Below, piece by piece: positions 55,102-64,000 of a stretch of 64,000 nucleotides of DNA. The stretch spans positions 64,001 to 128,000 of the forward strand of contig CAWFGO010000002.1 of assembly GCA_963815455.1 (NCBI GenBank). The letters are read 5' to 3'. The notes under the pieces are model-generated. The model was given only the letters and a program-made list of their open reading frames with translations. It was not told the origin of the DNA and made no database searches. Numbering within the stretch: position 1 is the first letter of the stretch; each line of letters opens with the position of its first letter. This DNA is from an uncultured Verrucomicrobiae bacterium. GTDB taxonomy: Bacteria; Verrucomicrobiota; Verrucomicrobiia; Chthoniobacterales; UBA10450. Made by a program: the position numbers and the translations under genes.

Positions 55102-55545
55102 ATGCACAAAAATGTCACGGGCAAGGATCTAACGAAGGAGTCGCCCCGCAGCCCGCGGATTCGGGTCGGCGGCTACGCGATTCTCGGCCGGACGATCGAC
55201 AAGTGTCGGGCATTAGTGGCCGGAAACATCGGCGAGTATCACTTCGATTGCCCGCTCGATAATACGCTGTTCGGGTTCAAAGGCGTCAAGGGCGCAGATT
55301 TCAAGGCCCAGATCGAGAACGGCGCAAGCGATCAGCAAATGGCCGAATGGCTCGACGCAAGCGGCGAGAAAAAGACGCCGGAGGAAATCAAACGCTGGGG
55401 CGAGCAGGCCGAAGCCGCGAGTCTCTACAACGAACCGGAGAAGCGCGAGTATTTCGTCGAGAGCTGCAAAAAACTCGGCCTCGATCCGGCCAAGACGACG
55501 ACGTTCGATTGGCTGGAAGCCGACGACAAAGCGAGCCACGAGTAA
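55102..55545 (+). CDS. DUF5069-like protein
   Basis: DLTKESPRSPR, GRTIDKCRA, GEYHFDCPLD. Confidence 0.75.
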   Translation: MHKNVTGKDLTKESPRSPRIRVGGYAILGRTIDKCRALVAGNIGEYHFDCPLDNTLFGFKGVKGADFKAQIENGASDQQMAEWLDASGEKKTPEEIKRWGEQAEAASLYNEPEKREYFVESCKKLGLDPAKTTTFDWLEADDKASHE

Positions 55546-55569
55546 GCGGCGTAACCTGTCCTGTCGATC

Positions 55570-57192
55570 TTACGTCTTGATGATCGGCGGTGGAATGTCT
55601 TCGGTCGGACCGGCGTCAATACCGTGGCGAAGTTTGCTATGGCGCACGCTGTAGAGGAAGTAGATGGCCAACCCGATGGCGAGCCAAACGAAGAAACGAA
55701 TCCAAGTTTCGATTGGCAAACTGAGCATGAGCGCCGCGCACAAAAGGACGCCAACGATCGGAAATGTGGGCACCATCGGCACACGGAATGGTCGAGGACG
55801 GTTGCGATCTGTCCGGCGAAGCACGACCACGCCACAGCAGACGAGAACGAAAGCGAAGAGAGTTCCAATATTCGTTAGGTCAGCGAGCGAACCAATATCT
55901 GTAATCATCGCAACGCCTCCGACCGCAATGCCCGTCCAGATGGTGGTGATGTGCGGCGTGCGGAAGCGCGGATGAATTTTGGCAAAGTATTGCGGGAGCA
56001 AGCCGTCACGGGCCATCGCCATAAAGATGCGCGGCTGGCCGAGTTGAAAGACCAGCAATACGGAGGTGAGCCCAGCCAGCGCCCCTGCGCTGATGACCGC
56101 CTGCGCCCACGGCTTCGCCGCGAAAGCCGTCGCGACCGCGGCCGAATCACCAAGGTAAGCGGTGTACTTTTTCATCCCAGTGAGAACGCCTGACATCAGG
56201 ACGTAGAGGACGGTGCAAATGATCAGGCTGGCAATCATCCCGATCGGCAAATCGCGCTTCGGGTTTTTCGTCTCTTCGGCCGTGGTCGAGACGGCATCGA
56301 AGCCGATGAAAGCGAAAAAGACAATCGCGGCGCCGCTCATCACACCGCCAAAACCGCTCGGCATAAAAGGATGCCAGTTGGTCGGGTTGACCATGAAGGA
56401 GCCAAAGGCAATCACGAAAACGACCACGGCGAGCTTGATGATGACGATGGTCGTGTTGGCAGTCGCGCTCTCGCGAATGCCGTAGACCAGCAACACCGTC
56501 ACCCCCATGACGATGAGAAACGCGGGCAGGTTGAAAGCGATCGGATACCCCATGATGACGGGCAGCGTAGTGGAAGAATAATCGCTCAAGGCCGCCCCGC
56601 CCTTGGCGATGATGGTGCCGGCGGTCGTGTGATCGCTCACCAGCCAAAGCGGAAACTTGAGGTGCAACCCGAAAGGTAGATTGCCCAGCAGCTGCACAAA
56701 GTACCCGGACCACCCGACGGCGACGGCCATGTTGCCGACCGCGTATTCCAGAATCAAATCCCAGCCGATAATCCAGGCGATGATCTCGCCCAGCGTGGCG
56801 TAGGAATAAGTGTAGGCGGAACCTGAAACCGGGATCATGGCCGCCAGCTCGCTGTAACAGAGCGCTGCGAAACCGCAGGCAAAGGCCGCGACCACAAAGG
56901 AAAGGGCAACTGCCGGGCCCGCCGCAGGCCGGCCGAAAACAAGGTCGGTGTGATTGATATAAGCGATGATAAAATTGAGGACCGGCGTCTTCACAATCGA
57001 CTCCCCAACGTGCGCCGACTCGCCCGCCGCCGCCGTGCCGGCAAGCGCGAAAATTCCCGCGCCAATAATTGCGCCGATTCCGAGACAAGTGAGATCGAAC
57101 GCCGTCAGCGCACGCTTCATTTTGCGCTCGGGCGCTTCCGCCTCGCGCATGAGCAGCTCGGGACTTTTAGTTTTGAAAAGCGGAGACCCCAC
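55570..57192 (-). CDS. APC family amino acid permease
   Basis: LGIGAIIGAGIF, GSAYTYSY, FFAFIGFD, MARDGLLP. Confidence 0.94.
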   Translation of the reverse strand: MGSPLFKTKSPELLMREAEAPERKMKRALTAFDLTCLGIGAIIGAGIFALAGTAAAGESAHVGESIVKTPVLNFIIAYINHTDLVFGRPAAGPAVALSFVVAAFACGFAALCYSELAAMIPVSGSAYTYSYATLGEIIAWIIGWDLILEYAVGNMAVAVGWSGYFVQLLGNLPFGLHLKFPLWLVSDHTTAGTIIAKGGAALSDYSSTTLPVIMGYPIAFNLPAFLIVMGVTVLLVYGIRESATANTTIVIIKLAVVVFVIAFGSFMVNPTNWHPFMPSGFGGVMSGAAIVFFAFIGFDAVSTTAEETKNPKRDLPIGMIASLIICTVLYVLMSGVLTGMKKYTAYLGDSAAVATAFAAKPWAQAVISAGALAGLTSVLLVFQLGQPRIFMAMARDGLLPQYFAKIHPRFRTPHITTIWTGIAVGGVAMITDIGSLADLTNIGTLFAFVLVCCGVVVLRRTDRNRPRPFRVPMVPTFPIVGVLLCAALMLSLPIETWIRFFVWLAIGLAIYFLYSVRHSKLRHGIDAGPTEDIPPPIIKT

Positions 57193-57274
57193 GTCGGCGG
57201 GTATGGTGTCATCGAGCCCTCCGCGCGGTCAATCCAAAGTTTCGATGGCGCAAATTAAGCTCCCTTGGATCGAC

Positions 57275-57487
57275 ATGTTTGGGCTAAGCGGGGCCAGTTT
57301 AATCGGCGGTTTGATCTTTGGCTCAGTCGGCTTTGTCGCATTCGTTTACGGGAAGCGAATGAACCTTTGGAAAATGATGCTCTGCGGACTCGCTCTCATG
57401 ATCTATCCCTATTTCGTCGAAAACATGTCGATCGCGTTCGCCATCGGAGCCGCCGGCACCGTGGCCCTTTTCTTTCTGCGCGATTAA
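57275..57487 (+). CDS. Small membrane protein
   Basis: GLIFGSVGFVAFVYGKR...GLALMIYPYFV; three short hydrophobic segments. Confidence 0.7.
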   Translation: MFGLSGASLIGGLIFGSVGFVAFVYGKRMNLWKMMLCGLALMIYPYFVENMSIAFAIGAAGTVALFFLRD

Positions 57488-57556
57488 CCTAAATCGCCGG
57501 CCAGGATACAAAGGTTCCGAATAGACGTTCGGGCGCGGCTTTCCTAAGCTCGGGCA

Positions 57557-58747
57557 ATGGGTGATGATTTCAGCAAGCTCGTTTTAGGCGATACGGCGAT
57601 CTCAGCCGTTGAACGCTCGACTTCGCCTCGACGCTTTTTCGGCCGCCGAAAAAAGGAACAACCGCCTTTGACCCAATGCGAAAATTGCGGCGCCCAGTTG
57701 CATGGCCAGTATTGCGGACAATGCGGGCAGCCGGCTATCGATTATCGCCGTTCCTTCGGGCACGTGCTGGTCGATGTTCTAAACGAATTTCTCAACTGGG
57801 ACTCCAAATTCTTCGCCACAATCGGGCTGCTTGTCGCGAAGCCGTGGCGACTAACGAACGATTTTCTGGCCGGACACCGCGTCCGTTACGTGCATCCGCT
57901 TCGGCTTTACCTGCTGGCGAGCATCATCTTTTTCTTCGCCATCAATTACTGGGCGAAATCGATTCCTTCAACCAAATTAACTTCGGCCGAGCGCGCCGAG
58001 ATCGCAGCCGATCTGAAGAAAGAGAATCTCACCGCTGACCAGCGCGCCAAGATCGAACAAGCTTTGAGCCTTCCCAATGTTCCGCCCGACGTTGCCGCTT
58101 CCGTTCGGAAAGGCATCGAGGAAAAGAGGACCAAAGCCAACGGAAGTTCGATTCCCGCGGCAACGAGTTCGCCGCAGCCAACAAGCACTGCGGAAGCAAC
58201 TCCGGTTGAGACATCGGCCGATAAATCCGCGCACGATCGACCATTTTTGCAATTCGGCGGCGACAAGGAACCAAAGGATCGGCTTGGAAAGTGGTTAAAG
58301 GCTCGGGCCAAGGAAAAAATCGGCGAGCACGGAAGCAATGCCCAGTTATTTCTTCGAACGCTGATCAGCAATCTTCCTTACATGGTGCTGTGCTGCATCC
58401 CGCTTTTCGCTTTCGTCTTAAAGATCCTCTACGTCCGCAAAAAGATCTTTTACATCGATCATCTGATTTACGCGCTGCATATCCATACCTTTGCCTATCT
58501 CGCCGTGATGTTGATCATTCTGGCCACGATCGGTCTCAATCACTCAATGCCCGGCACTCTGACAGGATGGATTATCGCGGTGCTGTGGATAACATTCGCG
58601 GTCCAAATCTTTCTGTCGATTCGACGCGTTTATCGCCAAGGCTGGTTCTTCACCATCTTCAAGTTCTTCCTGGGCGGGTTCGTATACCTGATTGTTCTTC
58701 TATTCGCGCTGACCACGACTTTCTTCATCACCTTGGCTCTGCCGTAG
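57557..58747 (+). CDS. DUF3667-like membrane protein with N-terminal zinc ribbon
   Basis: CENCG...YCGQCGQ, RYVHPLRLYL, YIDHLIYALH. Confidence 0.82.
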   Translation: MGDDFSKLVLGDTAISAVERSTSPRRFFGRRKKEQPPLTQCENCGAQLHGQYCGQCGQPAIDYRRSFGHVLVDVLNEFLNWDSKFFATIGLLVAKPWRLTNDFLAGHRVRYVHPLRLYLLASIIFFFAINYWAKSIPSTKLTSAERAEIAADLKKENLTADQRAKIEQALSLPNVPPDVAASVRKGIEEKRTKANGSSIPAATSSPQPTSTAEATPVETSADKSAHDRPFLQFGGDKEPKDRLGKWLKARAKEKIGEHGSNAQLFLRTLISNLPYMVLCCIPLFAFVLKILYVRKKIFYIDHLIYALHIHTFAYLAVMLIILATIGLNHSMPGTLTGWIIAVLWITFAVQIFLSIRRVYRQGWFFTIFKFFLGGFVYLIVLLFALTTTFFITLALP

Positions 58748-58842
58748 GAATTTCTGTCATCCTGAGCCGAGTCGAAGGATCCCGCGGAATTCACCGTCAG
58801 CGTTTTAACGAATTGCCTCGACCGCTTGGTTGTGACAATGCG

Positions 58843-61800
58843 CTAGCTCAGTAATCTTCTTGCTTCCGCCAACGCGATGTCGATCTTGCTCGCGTCCTTG
58901 CCCGCGCCTTGCGCATTTTCCGGACGCCCCCCGCCCTTCCCGCCGACGATGGGTGCGATCTGTTGAATCAATTTGTTCGCCTGAACTTTCGCGGTCATTT
59001 CTTTCGGAACGGATGCGATTAATGCGACGGATTCTCCATTCGAACCGGCAAGAAATATTGGACCGGTAAACTTCGATTTCATCGCGTCCACAATAGCCTG
59101 AAGCAACTTCGAATCTGCGTCCGGCACCTGGGCCACGCAGAAATCCTTGTGCCCGGCGATAAGCTCGTTTGCGATTTGCACAGCCCGTCCCTGCAACTCG
59201 GCTCCCGCCGTTTTCGCAGCTTTCTTTTCCCACTCGCGAACATCGACATCGATCCTTTCCAAATGCGCCGCGCGCGCGGCGATCTGTTTCAACATCTCCA
59301 ACGTTTCCGCTTTCTCCGAAAAGATTGGCAATGCCGCGACATCCGATTTTTTGCGCACCAGCATTTCGAATTTTTCCTGCTGACGAGTTGCCTCCTCCAT
59401 GGCCCAGTGACGCGATGCTTCGCCCGCCACGGCTTCGATACGACGGACTCCCGCCGCGATTGCTTCTTCCTTTACGATCCGGAACGAACCTATCTCGCTT
59501 GTCGATCTTACGTGAGTGCCGCCACATAGCTCCATCGAATACCCGTTCAACTCGCGCGGTGTCCCGCCGATTTGCAAGACCCGCACCGTATCGCCGTATT
59601 TCTCACCAAAGAACTGAATGATGTCTTTGCGCTGCTTCGCGTCCGCGTACGGAATTTCCGCCCACGAGACCGAAGCATTTTCCCCAATCTTCTCATTCAC
59701 CAATGTTTCCACATCGCGCACCTGCTGTTTCGTCAGCGCCGCGCTCGAGAAATCGAACGTCAGCTTGTCCGGTCCGACGTAACTCCCTTTTTGCGAAGCG
59801 TCGCGCGAAACGACTTCATGCAGCGCCCAATGCAATAAATGCGTGACGGTGTGATGCCCCTGAATCGCGCGTCGGCGATCCACATCGACCGAAACACGCA
59901 CGGCCTCGCCCGGTTCGGGGGCGCGCCCTTGCGTCAGCATCGTGCGATGAATAAAAACATCACCGCGCTTCTGCGTATCGGTAACGCGAAGCTGGCCGAC
60001 CTCTGTGCGATCATGTCCGGGAACATGAAGCAACCCTCGATCGCCAACTTGTCCGCCCATTTCGGCATACAGAGGTGTTCGATCGAGAACGACATTTAGT
60101 TCGCCCGGTTTCTTGCCCGGCAGAACGGCTTCAACCACAGCCTCCGCCTCGAAAAAATCGAACCCAAGAAATCTGGTCGGTGCGGCCTGCAACTCCCCCT
60201 CTTCCACACTGATCTTCTCTTTCTTCTGCGCTTTGCGCGCCCGCTCACGCTGTTGCTCCATTAGCTTTTCGAAGCCGGGAACATCGACAGTTAGTCCACG
60301 CTCGCGCGCTATCAGCTCGGTCAGGTCGAGCGGAAAACCGTAGGTATCGTAAAGTTTGAAGGCGACCTCGCCGGAGATATGGCGCGCATCGGGCATCCCT
60401 TTTTCTCGACGAGCTTCCGAATTATCCAACGCTTCCGATTCACTCCCTGGATGGGGAGCGCGAGCATGTTGCTCGCTCTGGCCGGCATGCTGCCGGCCAG
60501 TCTCTCCACGCTGGGCCCATTCCCAGACCCACGGATAAGGCTCATCCGCTCCCACCAGATTCTCCGTCCACGGATTGCGGCAGATATAGAGAAACTTCTC
60601 CTCCACATCCTGATCGGAGCGCATCAGCCGGTCGTGATATTCATTCTCCCAAACCTGCCACCCTTTCTTGTCCTCTAATTTATTGATTTCCCGTGCGCTG
60701 AACGACTTAATCGAATGCATCAACTCGGGCAGTGACCAGAAGACGGGTTTCTCCCCATCGTCATCCGTTTTGGGAAACGGTTGAAAGAGAATGTGAACGT
60801 GATCGGGCATCACGCAGGTTGCGAAGAGGTCGTAGCGTTTCTGATCGAAATTGGCCACGGCGTTCAACGTGATCGTCCGTGCTTCAGGAGAGAGAACACG
60901 ATGTTTGCGAGTTGAAAACGTCACGTGATAAATGCCGTGGGGACGCTCGTAGTGAGGTAAACGGCGTTTCGAATATCTCCCGCCGTGCGGCCCATCCGGC
61001 AACATGCCGGATGGAGCGGGCAGAATGCCCGCGCTCCCCGACGCGCTGCCCGCGCCCGTCAACCGCGCGATTTCGCGCTCGAACAGCTCGATCCCTTTGT
61101 CCAGCGTCTTGTTAAACGCTTCTTCCTCGCGCTTAATCGTTTCTTTGATGTGCGTCTGTTTCGCGCGGACCTCGGGAAAAACGTCACCCATGGTTTTCGC
61201 GACTACATCGACAAGCTCGAAAAGGAACGGCTCATGAAAATCGAGCGTGCGACCGTAACGGACTGCGCGGCGCAGAATGCGCCGCGAAACGTAACCGCGC
61301 CCTTCGTTTGACGGAATGATTCCATCGGCAATGGCGAAGCTTAGTGTGCGAATGTGATCGGCGATCACGCGGAAGGCGATGTCTACGGAGAGTTGAGGGT
61401 TGAGAGTTGAGGGTTGAGGGTCGTTTTTCGGTAGCGTGCTCGCGTATTTTTTGCCGCTGAGTTTCTCCAGCTCATCGAAAATCGGACGGAAAACGTCGGT
61501 CTCGTAGTTTGAGACTGTGCCTGCGAAATCCGTAAGATTTTTTGTGCCTTGAATGATCGCTGTGACGCGCTCGAAACCCATGCCGGTATCGACGTGGCGG
61601 GCTGCGAGCGGCACGTACTCGATCCGGCCGGGGTCGGCGCCCCCGGCTACAGGTTGGGCATTGAACTGAATGAACACGAGGTTCCAAATCTCGATGCAGC
61701 GAGGATCGCCTTTGTTTACGAGCGCGCCGCGGGTATCGCCGTCGGGTGTAAGATCGACATGTACTTCCGAACATGGCCCGCACGGGCCGGTGTCGCCCAT

Positions 61801-62323
61801 CATCCAGAAATTGTCGGCTTTGTTTCCGTTTACGATATGAACGGCTGGATCGAGATCGGCTTCACGAAATAATTTCTCCCAATGATCGTGGGCTTCCTGG
61901 TCGAACTCGCTCGGTTCGCCGGGCCCAGGTTTGTAAACCGTGGCGTAAAGCCGTTGGGCAGGAAATTTCCAGCGATTGACGAGTAATTCCCAGGCCCATT
62001 CGATCGCCTCTTTCTTGAAATAATCGCCGAAGCTCCAATTGCCCAGCATCTCGAAAGAACGTGTGGTGATACGTGTCGAGCCCGACGTCTTCGAGGTCGT
62101 TATGCTTGCCCCCGGCCCGGATGCACTTTTGCGTGTCGGCAACCCGCGCCGGACGCCAGGACGGCTTCTGTTGCCCGAGAAAAATGGGCACGAACTGGTT
62201 CATGCCGGCGTTGGTGAAAAGCAGGTTGGGTGCATCCGGCAGCAACGAAGACGACGGCACGATGGTGTGCTGTTTCTCGCGAAAGAAATCGAGAAAGGAT
62301 TGTCGGATCTCGGCGCTGGTCAT
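58843..62323 (-). CDS. alaS: Alanyl-tRNA synthetase with in-frame RAYT insertion; frameshift near 62055, probably an error
   Basis: [76 protein letters not shown]. Confidence 0.97.
60454..61038 (-). mobile_element. REP-flanked RAYT (TnpA-REP, HUH Y1 transposase) inserted in frame in alaS
   Basis: [52 protein letters not shown]; inverted REP doublets at 60454-60500 and 60992-61038. Confidence 0.9.
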
Positions 62324-62389
62324 TACAGGAGGTGGCATGGGCTTCCAGCCCATGTCTCATCGGCAAGATGCCGATGCCACGCGATGCTT

Positions 62390-63094
62390 TCAACCGCAGA
62401 TGTAACGATACCGCAAAGGCTGATAACCCGCGGCGATCATTTGGTTCACATTGCGCACCGACGCCAGGGTCCTGCTAAACGGCGCCGCTTCGTAGAAGAG
62501 CGCACGGATTCTCTTGTTATCGAGCCACTTTACAAACATGACGACATGGCCACCCCGCAGATTCATGATGTCCGCAGGTTTAAGCGCGGCGGCCGAGGAA
62601 AGTTTGAGGCAAACTTCGCTCAGGGAATAGGTCGAATAGCGATTCTGCAATCTCCAACATCGACAGATGAATCCCGAACAATCGATGCCAACCGCGGTAT
62701 CGCTGACCCCCGCGCCATCGAGCCGGCGTTTTTCCGGCGTGTAGATATCGCCGGCGGCTTTGCCCGCTTTGATTCCGGCATCGAAACTCGCCGGCGTATC
62801 GAGTCCTCCCCATTTGTAAGCGACGCCGATGTTTTCACAATCGACCTGCCAACACTGGGACAAAGGAAAGCCGCGAGCACCGTCGCGATCTGGCGTATGC
62901 ACCTCTATCCCATTTTCGTCTTTACCGTGCAGCAAATTCTTCGCTGACCCTTGCCAGCGATGTTTAATGTAAGACTCGGCAATGCGAAGTGCTTCTGCTC
63001 GCGTCACTGTCTGAGCGCTCACCAGCGAACAAAGCGCGAAAAAGAAGATCAAGGAAAGCACGTATCCGTGGAGAGTTTTCGGTCTCGGCCTCAT
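62390..63094 (-). CDS. Secreted NlpC/P60-like (C40) protein
   Basis: YKWGG, GIDCSGFI, GGHVVMF; signal peptide; start uncertain. Confidence 0.7.
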   Translation of the reverse strand: MRPRPKTLHGYVLSLIFFFALCSLVSAQTVTRAEALRIAESYIKHRWQGSAKNLLHGKDENGIEVHTPDRDGARGFPLSQCWQVDCENIGVAYKWGGLDTPASFDAGIKAGKAAGDIYTPEKRRLDGAGVSDTAVGIDCSGFICRCWRLQNRYSTYSLSEVCLKLSSAAALKPADIMNLRGGHVVMFVKWLDNKRIRALFYEAAPFSRTLASVRNVNQMIAAGYQPLRYRYICG

Positions 63095-63326
63095 TTCCGT
63101 AATTGGACTTCCTTGGTCATTCGTCATTAGATCTTCGTCATTGTAACTCATTGTTGATCCTAATTGCGGTGAAGTTTCACGAGAGCGCGAAGATTTCCAA
63201 ATGGAAATGTGCGTCGGGCCGCGTGATGTGCCCGTGAGGGCGTCCTGAATCCGAACGAAGACCAACACCTTGATGCAGCTCAAGTGGCGTTATTTGGCCA
63301 AGAGCTTCGACAGGACAGACGGAATT

Positions 63327-64000
63327 TCAGAAATTGTGCGTGTAGCTGATAATCAGCTGCCAGTCAGCAATCGTTGCGATTCCTGGCCCTGGAAGAGTGC
63401 CGGTTCTTCGAAATGGCACGCTCCTGTCAGCGTGACGGTGGAAAGCGATCGGCACAAAGACCGACAAAGAGTCTTTGGCGTTCGACCAAGCCACTCCGGG
63501 TTCAAATGAAAATGAATTTCCAGGAAATCGCCAACCGTCACTGGCCCCAATGGCGTCATATACGGGAACACCTTCCCATCTCACCCCCGCACTGGCTGAG
63601 ACTCCTTTCGAGGGCCAGATTGCCTGTGAAACGCCCATCCGCGCGAGCCACTGGTCCGCGATGGAGTTATACTTCAGACCTTTATAGCCGCCGGCCGTTA
63701 GTGGCGGCTCATCGGCGAAATCAGTCTGGACGTCGCTCATCTCCTCAGGGTTAAAGAGATAGATAACGTCGGCGTACGCGAACGTGTTTTTGAACCAGTC
63801 CGAATAAGGCAGATTTGGAAAATACAATCGGCTGAACGCGTGCGTGGCCAAAGTGACGCCCCAGCCGCCGTCTGCCGGTTGGATCGCAATGCTGACCGGC
63901 CGCAAAACTTTTCCGGTGGCGCGGTAGGAATAATCCGACGCATCGTCCACTCCGACTGGAATCTTGATTCCCAACCCGAAAGAAATGTTTCGATCGGGGG
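63327..64000 (-). CDS. Putative outer-membrane beta-barrel/transporter, partial
   Basis: Open frame to the window end, amphipathic strands, C-terminal YTHNF. Confidence 0.6.
   Translation of the reverse strand, partial: PDRNISFGLGIKIPVGVDDASDYSYRATGKVLRPVSIAIQPADGGWGVTLATHAFSRLYFPNLPYSDWFKNTFAYADVIYLFNPEEMSDVQTDFADEPPLTAGGYKGLKYNSIADQWLARMGVSQAIWPSKGVSASAGVRWEGVPVYDAIGASDGWRFPGNSFSFEPGVAWSNAKDSLSVFVPIAFHRHADRSVPFRRTGTLPGPGIATIADWQLIISYTHNF

Noticed and set aside
60379..61059. alaS insert as an intein, self-splicing intron or IS200/IS605 element
   Set aside because: No intein splice-junction motifs such as His-Asn before Cys/Ser/Thr, no recognisable intron core and no tnpB; the motifs and flanks fit a RAYT

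Overview
Bacterial chromosomal DNA of moderately high GC. Gene content and repeat style suggest a soil verrucomicrobium (Chthoniobacterales-like); this is inference. The window holds the tRNA-Thr/tuf/tRNA-Trp/secE/nusG/rplK...rplA/rplJ/rplL/rpoB cluster, with rplK and rplA separated by about 22 kb of accessory genes, plus ispA-like, tsaD, an S41 protease, rmuC, a cobalamin riboswitch with btuB, hldD and alaS. Many single-base insertions in short homopolymers, one in essential alaS, point to long-read consensus errors. Main findings: (1) an intact-looking REP-associated tyrosine transposase (RAYT, HUH/Y1), bracketed by inverted REP doublets, is inserted in frame inside alanyl-tRNA synthetase, and REP-type palindromes are translated in frame inside tsaD, alaS and other genes. 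(2) A tandem array of six secreted-protein cassettes has constant junctions (His/Lys/Asp tail, linker, MKTK leader) and variable middles; it lies divergent from an ECF sigma/Ser-Thr kinase pair and shares a candidate promoter motif with a second ECF/kinase locus. (3) Three integrase-free insertions are bounded by diverged duplicates of host gene ends (rplK, btuB, cocE/DUF885).
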